Assembly (NCBI GenBank): GCA_027326205.1
Contig: DAHWEX010000289.1
Coordinates: 1 to 42,349, forward strand
Direction of reading: 5' to 3'
Source: Actinomycetota bacterium
GTDB lineage: Bacteria; Actinomycetota; Actinomycetes; Streptosporangiales; Streptosporangiaceae
DNA: 42,349 bases
Position numbers and translations under genes: made by a program. Below, one piece after another: positions 36,360 through 42,349 of the stretch. Every line of letters begins with the position of its first letter. Positions within the stretch are counted from its first letter, which is position 1. The notes beneath the pieces are model-generated. The model was not told where the DNA came from and ran no database searches. It was given only the letters and a program-made list of their open reading frames with translations.

Positions 36360-39300
36360 TCAGGACGGCACGGTGACCGTGACGAGCCGGCCGTCCCCCG
36401 TGCTCAGCAGGCACCGTCCCGGCCTGGGCGGCTGGCCGACCTGCCCACGGGCCAGCCGCGCGCCGACCAGGTCCCCGTCGGAGACGGTCCCCGGCGCGGT
36501 GAGCGCCCCGCGCCGGGCTCGTTTGGCCTCGACCTGCCATCCGCCGAATCCCGCGCACAGCCCCGCCTCGGGGTCGCCGGCGAGGACGAGCACGCGCCGG
36601 AACGCCGCGGCCGCCGCATCGGCGGCGACGTTGATGATCTGGCTGAATACCCCCGAGGCATCGCAGTCGCGCAGCAGCTCCGCGTCATCGACGAGGACCG
36701 CGACCGGCCCCTCGACGGCGGCGAGGACGTCGCCGAGTTCGTCCTCACCGAGGGTGGCCCCGTGGAACGCGGCGGCGACTCCGCCGGCCGTCTCGAGCGA
36801 CCGCAGCGGCGACGGGCGGGGCGTTACCAGGACGACGCGCGTCCCCGCACGCAGCAGCGACCGGGCCATCGACGTCAAGACGGTGGACCGTCCGGAGCCC
36901 GCGGGCCCGGCGACGACGAACGCGGGCACGCCGGCCGCGAGGTCGGGGCCCAGCGCGGCTAGCTCGTCGCCGCCGACGCCGACAAGTCCCCAGAGCGGGG
37001 AGACGCAGGCCGGGCGCAGCCCCCACGCCTGCTCGAAGCCGATGCGGGCGGGCGCGGCGTCCACCCGGAACGGCCGGGCCGCGGACGGCGCGGCCCCGTC
37101 GCGCGACGCGCAGGAGCCGGCGATGGCCCGCAGGGCGGCCGCCTGCCCCTGCCCGGTCGGGTCGGTGCCGAGCAGGGCGACCTGAAGCTCGGTCCCGTCG
37201 CCGGCCTGGAACGCCCGTCCTGGCGGCAGGTCGGCGGGCATGTCCCGGGGACGGAGCCCGGCGAGCGCGTAGTCTTCCCGCTCGGCCATCCGGAACACGA
37301 GCTTCTGCTCGCACAGCGCCGAGATGCGCCCCGCGAGCAGGGAGCGGTCGCCGGTCATCACCAGGTGCATCCCGGCCGAGGCGCCTTCGCTCAGCAGGCG
37401 CGTCAGGATGTCGCCGAGCGCGCCGCCGTCGGCCTCGCCGAGCGTGGTGACGAAGCCCTCCCACTGGTCGAGCAGCAGGAATACATGCGGCAGCCGCTCC
37501 CCGTGCGCCGCGTCACCGTGCGCCACCGCGGCCCGCTGCTCGGCGACCGAGGCATGCCCCCCGGCGGCGAGCAGTTCCTGGCGCCTGGTGAGCTCGGCCC
37601 CGAGCCGTCGCAGCAGCCGTCCCGCCCGCTCGGTCTCGGTCCTGGTCACGACGGCGCCGCAGTGCGGCAGCTCGGCGAGCGGCAGCAGTGCGCCGTTACC
37701 GCAGTCGAGACCGTACAGGTGGACGTCGGCGCAGTCGCGGGCGAGGGCGAGCGAGCCGGCGATCGTCCGCAGCAGCTGGGAGCGCCCGCTGCGCGGCGCG
37801 CCCGCGGCCATCAGATGAGCGAAGGAGTCGAGGTCGAGCGCCGCCGGGACCTGCGCCTGGGTCTTGGGCAGGTCGGTGACGCCGAACGGGATCGTGCCCG
37901 GCGGCCTGGCCGGGAGCCGGATGACCGCGCCGAGCTGGACCGACGCGGGCAGCGGCGGCAGCCAGGGGCTCGGCGGCGCGGGGATCGCGAGGTCGGCGGC
38001 CGCGCGCCTGATCTCTTCGACGAGGACCTTCAGGTCCGTGACCTCCTCGTCGGCGCCGCTGGCCGCGGGCGGCGGCTGGGGCTCGGGCTTGCCGAGGTCA
38101 GCCCAGCGGACGGGCGCGACCCAGGGGACGGCCGGCGTCCGCGCCGCGTGCCGCCCGGGCTGTCCCTCATGGCGCGCCGGCCCCCAGGGGCCGGCGACGC
38201 GGCCGGCCTGGAACTGGACCAGCGCGCCGTGGCCCAGGCGCACGTAGGCGCGGCCTGGGGTGGACTTGGCGATGCCCGCCGCGTCGCGGACGTCGATCAC
38301 GTCGGCGGACTCGCCCGGGTCGGTGACCCGCAGCGCGATCCGCAGGTTGGCGTTGGCCCGGATGTCGGCGGACACGACCCCGGACGGCCGCTGGGTCGCG
38401 AGCAGCAGGTGCAGGCCGAGCGACCGGCCCCGCTGGGCGATGCTCACCAGGCCTGCGACGAAGTCCGGCAGGTCCCGCACCAGCGATGCGAACTCGTCGA
38501 TCACGACGACCAGCCTCGGCAGCGGCCCGAAGCCGGCCGTACGCCGGCTGTCGGCCTCCCGCTGGTATTCCTCGATGTCCTTCGCGCCGGCCCGGGCGAG
38601 CAGGTGCTCGCGCCTGGTCAGCTCGGCGGACAGGGAGGCCAGCGCTCGCTGCACGAGGTGCGGACCCAGGTCGGTGACCATCCCGACGGTATGCGGCAGC
38701 CGGGCGCAGTCGGCGAACGCGCTGCCGCCCTTGTAGTCGACGAGCACGAACGTCAGCTCGTCGGGCCGGTTCGCGACGGCCAGCGAGGCGATGACCGTCT
38801 GCAGCAGTTCGGATTTCCCCGACCCGGTGGTCCCGGCGATGAGCCCGTGCGGTCCGTCCCGGCTGATGTCGATCGAGAACGGCCCGTCGTACGAGGCACC
38901 GACGACCGCCGCCGTGGACCGGCCGCCGCCGCGCCACCGGGCCGCGATGGCGGCGGCCATGGCCGGCCCGCGGAAATCCTGGCCCGGGCCGGGCGGTTCG
39001 AGGCCGAGCAGGTCAAGAAGCCGGGCCGAGTCCGGCAGCCCGCCGTCGTCCTCGCCGGGGCTGACGTCCCTGACCGGCGCGAGAGACCTGGCCAGCCGGG
39101 TGCACCAGCCGGGATCCGCGTACTGCGCCCGGCCGCCGGCGACCGTCTGCGCCAGCATCTGCTGTACGCGAAGCCCGTCCGGGGCGCACGCGGCCACGGC
39201 CTGGCACTCGGCGGGCAGCAGCCGCTCGTCGGTGTCCAGGCAGACCGCGTAGACCCCGGCCTCCGGGCCTTCGCGGAGCAGTTGGATGACGCCGGGCAGG

Positions 39301-40583
39301 GCGCGCAGTTTGCGCGACCCGTCGAGGACGACCATGACGTCGCAGCCCGGTCCGGCGGGCTCGCCGGCGGCCAGCCGGCCGCTGTCACGCTGCGCCTGCC
39401 GCCGCGCGGCGATGACCGCGAGCAGTTCGGCGATCCGCGCGGCGACCGACTCCGCGTCGTTGCCGACCTGCGCCGCGCAGCCCCGCCCGTCCTGGCCGGC
39501 CGCGGCCGGACGGCAGTGCGGCAGCCAGCGCACCCACTCCCAGCACTCCTTGCCCGCGTTGTCGGTGAGAACGTAGATTCGCAGGTCAACGGGTGAATGA
39601 AGCACGGCCGCCTGGGCCACGAGCCAGCGGCCGGCCGCCCGGGCATCCCCGTCCGGGCCCGCGATGCCGATCACGCCCCGTTCGCGCAGCGGAATGGTCA
39701 CCGGCGCGTCGCGCAGCGGCAGGGCGGCAGTCCGGCGGTGCTCGTCGGCGGCGGGGTCGGTCAGCCGGACGCTGGCCGGCAGGTCGCCGGTGCCGACGCT
39801 GAGCAGCAGGTAGTCCGGGTCGGTGCGGCGCCGCTCCCACAGGCGGCGGCGCGGCCCGGTGGCGGTGGCCAGCACCTCGGCCGGGCCCGGGCACTGCCCG
39901 CGCAGCACGGCAAGCTCGGCGGCCACCGCGGCGGCCGCGTCGCGGTTGACGCGGTCCGCGCGCTCGGTGTACTCGGCCATGCGCGCGGCGGTTGCCTTGC
40001 GCCCCTGCCGGCGCTCGGACAGCGCGCTGCCGACCAGCAGCACGGGAGACAGCCCGGCCATCGCGAGCAGGTAGACCTGGTGCAGGAAGTACGCCATGGC
40101 CACCCCCATGACCAGCGGGAGCACCGACATGAGCACGGGGAGCGGGCGCCGCTCGGCCGCGGGCGGCGGGACCGGCAGGGTGAACGCGGCGGCCTGCCGC
40201 GGCGGGAGCAGCCGCGGCGGCCGGTTGAAGTCCAGGCCGGCGCCGTCGGCCGACCTGGCCAGCACCCCGTCACCCGGGGCCGGTTCCGGCGGGACGCATC
40301 CCTGCGGGCCGCCGAGGCTGATCACGCAGCCGTCCCGAAGCGGTGACCGGGCCAGCGGCAGCCGGGCCGGCACCCGCTGGCCGTCGATGTAGAGGGGGAC
40401 CCCGACGGGATCGGCGTAGGTGACGGGCGACAACGGCGGAGCGGTCCAGCGGGTCCGGTCGTACTGCATGAACCCGGCGATCCTGGCCGCGACATCCGCC
40501 ACCGGGGTCTGCGGCTCGGCGTCAAGCACGACACTCGACTGACGGCCCTGCCGCGGCGACACGACGGTTACCGTCAGCCGCAT
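36360..40583 (-). CDS. FtsK/SpoIIIE family ATPase, EccC/EssC-like type VII secretion coupling protein
   Basis: FNRPPRL, two TM helices, LWERR, DGPHGLIAGTTGSGKSELL, VDYKGG, VIDEFA, GRSLGLHLLLATQRP, two further P-loops (GAPRSGRS, GPAGSGRS). Confidence 0.92.
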   Translation of the reverse strand: MRLTVTVVSPRQGRQSSVVLDAEPQTPVADVAARIAGFMQYDRTRWTAPPLSPVTYADPVGVPLYIDGQRVPARLPLARSPLRDGCVISLGGPQGCVPPEPAPGDGVLARSADGAGLDFNRPPRLLPPRQAAAFTLPVPPPAAERRPLPVLMSVLPLVMGVAMAYFLHQVYLLAMAGLSPVLLVGSALSERRQGRKATAARMAEYTERADRVNRDAAAAVAAELAVLRGQCPGPAEVLATATGPRRRLWERRRTDPDYLLLSVGTGDLPASVRLTDPAADEHRRTAALPLRDAPVTIPLRERGVIGIAGPDGDARAAGRWLVAQAAVLHSPVDLRIYVLTDNAGKECWEWVRWLPHCRPAAAGQDGRGCAAQVGNDAESVAARIAELLAVIAARRQAQRDSGRLAAGEPAGPGCDVMVVLDGSRKLRALPGVIQLLREGPEAGVYAVCLDTDERLLPAECQAVAACAPDGLRVQQMLAQTVAGGRAQYADPGWCTRLARSLAPVRDVSPGEDDGGLPDSARLLDLLGLEPPGPGQDFRGPAMAAAIAARWRGGGRSTAAVVGASYDGPFSIDISRDGPHGLIAGTTGSGKSELLQTVIASLAVANRPDELTFVLVDYKGGSAFADCARLPHTVGMVTDLGPHLVQRALASLSAELTRREHLLARAGAKDIEEYQREADSRRTAGFGPLPRLVVVIDEFASLVRDLPDFVAGLVSIAQRGRSLGLHLLLATQRPSGVVSADIRANANLRIALRVTDPGESADVIDVRDAAGIAKSTPGRAYVRLGHGALVQFQAGRVAGPWGPARHEGQPGRHAARTPAVPWVAPVRWADLGKPEPQPPPAASGADEEVTDLKVLVEEIRRAAADLAIPAPPSPWLPPLPASVQLGAVIRLPARPPGTIPFGVTDLPKTQAQVPAALDLDSFAHLMAAGAPRSGRSQLLRTIAGSLALARDCADVHLYGLDCGNGALLPLAELPHCGAVVTRTETERAGRLLRRLGAELTRRQELLAAGGHASVAEQRAAVAHGDAAHGERLPHVFLLLDQWEGFVTTLGEADGGALGDILTRLLSEGASAGMHLVMTGDRSLLAGRISALCEQKLVFRMAEREDYALAGLRPRDMPADLPPGRAFQAGDGTELQVALLGTDPTGQGQAAALRAIAGSCASRDGAAPSAARPFRVDAAPARIGFEQAWGLRPACVSPLWGLVGVGGDELAALGPDLAAGVPAFVVAGPAGSGRSTVLTSMARSLLRAGTRVVLVTPRPSPLRSLETAGGVAAAFHGATLGEDELGDVLAAVEGPVAVLVDDAELLRDCDASGVFSQIINVAADAAAAAFRRVLVLAGDPEAGLCAGFGGWQVEAKRARRGALTAPGTVSDGDLVGARLARGQVGQPPRPGRCLLSTGDGRLVTVTVPS

Positions 40584-40681
40584 GTCCCCCGCCCTCCCCT
40601 CATCCGGTTTCCTGGTGCTGGGCTGGCACCGCGCGGGCGAACGGCACGGTGCGGGCGATCGCGCGGGCGATCGCGGCGCGG

Positions 40682-40975
40682 TTACTTGAGCGCGGCGGCG
40701 AGCTGGGTGTCGGTCTCGGCGAACGCCTTGGCGGCGGCGTCGAGGTACTGGCCCATGCCGGTCAGCCCCTGGATCATCTTGGTGGCGCCCGAGTCGAACT
40801 CGGTGTAAGACGCCTCGAACCGCTTGCTGGACGAGTCGGTCACGTAACCGCTGGCCACCAGGGTGTCGATGAGCCGCTTGAGCCGGACGAGGTCGGCCTC
40901 TATCTGGGCTTCCCCGGACCGGAGCTGGCTAGCGGCGGACTGCATCTCGGCATAGGTGACGTTCAGGTTCGACAC
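40682..40975 (-). CDS. WXG100/ESAT-6-like type VII secretion substrate
   Basis: 97 aa, helical hairpin pattern, N-terminal NVTYAEM, central GYVT, C-terminal FAETD; GAAGGG RBS; directly upstream of the FtsK-like ATPase. Confidence 0.85.
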   Translation of the reverse strand: MSNLNVTYAEMQSAASQLRSGEAQIEADLVRLKRLIDTLVASGYVTDSSSKRFEASYTEFDSGATKMIQGLTGMGQYLDAAAKAFAETDTQLAAALK

Positions 40976-41141
40976 TGGCTGTTCCCTTCTGCTCTGCCTT
41001 ACTGGCGAGTGGGTTCACTTATAGGCACGTACCGGTAACGTCGGCGGTTCACTTCGAACGTGTCCCGTTCGTCGCGGTTTTTGTGGTTTTTTGCGGTCCT
41101 CCGGGTTCGGCGCGGCCTTCTCCGCGCGCAGCCGAACGCGG

Positions 41142-41747
41142 CTACCCGGCCCAGCGGAGGGTGGCGGCGATGGCGTCGAACAGTTCGGCAAGCGCGGGGG
41201 ACAGCGGCCCGTCGGCTCCGGAGAACGAGAGCAGTAGCCAGGCCCCGCTACCCGGGACGGGGAAGTAGAACGAGATGTCGGCGGCCGAGGCCTGCGACCG
41301 GACCGCGGTCCCGGCCGGTGCCCGCGCGAACGAGACCGAACGGTTTCGCTTCTGCGCCTCTCGCGCCACGGCTTCGGCGGACAGCGGCCCGGACGGCGGC
41401 GGCGGGATCAGCGTGACGAGCAGCGACGCGGGCACCGGCATCGGCCCGGCCATCATGAGCGACAGGTAGAACTCGATCCCGCCGGCCTGCCAGGCGGCCT
41501 CGGCGAGATCGGCGAGGTGCCGCCGCAGCGCCGCCCTGACCCCGGCCGCGCCGGGGATCTCGGCGAACTGGCGCCGGATCAGCGCGCTGACCGCCTTCTC
41601 CCGGCGGCCGGGGTCAAGCGGGATCAGCGCCCACGAGTCCGGCACGGTAATCGCGTAGTCCCGCGGCACCCCGGGCGGCAGCCCAGGCGGCGGCGCGCCT
41701 CCGCCTTGACGGCCACCCTGCCAGGCCGGCCGCCGTCCGTCAGGCAT
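41142..41747 (-). CDS. Hypothetical protein in T7SS-like cluster (possible DUF1795/PsbP-like fold)
   Basis: YAITVPDSW, FYFPVPG..AWLLLSFS, LFDAIAATLRW; overlaps the upstream gene stop. Confidence 0.75.
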   Translation of the reverse strand: MPDGRRPAWQGGRQGGGAPPPGLPPGVPRDYAITVPDSWALIPLDPGRREKAVSALIRRQFAEIPGAAGVRAALRRHLADLAEAAWQAGGIEFYLSLMMAGPMPVPASLLVTLIPPPPSGPLSAEAVAREAQKRNRSVSFARAPAGTAVRSQASAADISFYFPVPGSGAWLLLSFSGADGPLSPALAELFDAIAATLRWAG

Positions 41748-42348
41748 CGCGCAGCTTTATCTCAAGCGTCTGCGCTACCGCGTCGGCCATGCTGACCAGC
41801 ATGTCAGAAAACTGAAACTCGGCCCACGCCACGGCAAGGACGACCGCGTCGTCTATAATCTGCGGACGTACCGCATAGGTGACATGTTCATGCTGGCTTG
41901 CCGCCGTAGCGGGGAGGTGAATTTTCGGCCAGTATCGGTTATGGAACCTCAACGCGGGCCCTGCGGAAAGATTGACATCGGAGATATCGATGGGCCCCAC
42001 TGTATCCTTGTCAGGAGTTCCGTATAGCTCACGGCAGCGCTGCAGCGAACTCGGCCGCCCGGGATCTTCTGAATAGTAGCGGAATATGTCAACGGTAGCC
42101 ACGGGCGGCAGCCTCGCAAAATCAGGAAAGAATACGATGCCACCCTTCCGCACCTGACGCTTGCGACAGTCACCCGTGTGCAGTGCGATGACGTTCGCGA
42201 ATTTCTCTAGGTCTTCTTTTGATGTGTCCGGCCCCAAGACATTTATAGCGACTTTTCGGCTTATTTCTTGTAGTGGCCGCTCAGTGGCAACGGGCAACCA
42301 CAATGCCGTTGACGGCATCTTCACATCGACTGTCCAGTTGGGTTTCGC
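41740..42348 (-). CDS. Hypothetical protein, lower GC; start probably beyond the window end
   Basis: Frame has no stop up to the window edge; ending ADAVAQTLEI parallels the downstream gene; overlaps the next start. Confidence 0.65.
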   Translation of the reverse strand, partial: AKPNWTVDVKMPSTALWLPVATERPLQEISRKVAINVLGPDTSKEDLEKFANVIALHTGDCRKRQVRKGGIVFFPDFARLPPVATVDIFRYYSEDPGRPSSLQRCRELYGTPDKDTVGPIDISDVNLSAGPALRFHNRYWPKIHLPATAASQHEHVTYAVRPQIIDDAVVLAVAWAEFQFSDMLVSMADAVAQTLEIKLRDA

Positions 42349-42349
42349 C

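Noticed and set aside
36289-36558. N-terminal extension of the ProA-like ORF
   Set aside because: Overlaps the FtsK gene in another frame; a good RBS precedes ATG 36288
41078-41092. Two phased T-tracts upstream of the WXG100-like gene
   Set aside because: Could be a bent or UP element, but two tracts are too few to support a call

Overview
High-GC actinomycete chromosomal window. From left to right: (1) the end of an L-arabinose catabolic cluster (araD cut by the window edge, araA) and a sugar ABC importer; (2) a conserved actinobacterial core block: LCP protein, tRNA-Ala(CGC), sepX/glpR, RimJ-like GNAT, mogA, moaC, moeA, galU, 5-formyl-THF cyclo-ligase, an FmdB zinc-ribbon gene preceded by a CIRCE, and MTA phosphorylase; (3) an RsbW-like ATPase, a glycan-modification trio (GT-C-like membrane protein, SAM methyltransferase, GT2) and an NlpC/P60 hydrolase; (4) a divergent pair of an NYN nuclease and an unknown protein sharing a tandem palindromic operator-like site; (5) a PspC-type two-component locus; (6) an uncharacterised four-gene operon around a HerA/FtsK-superfamily ATPase, with two zinc-ribbon membrane proteins and an acidic repeat protein; (7) MarR, an ECF sigma/anti-sigma pair and a divergent ProA-like enzyme; (8) the distal end of a type VII secretion-like cluster (FtsK/EccC-like ATPase, WXG100-like protein, two hypothetical proteins). 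The best candidates for an undescribed system are the HerA-like operon (26854-32788) and the NYN module (about 21950-23472). No integrase, transposase, CRISPR array or rRNA was seen. All family calls come from reading motifs by eye; no database searches were run.
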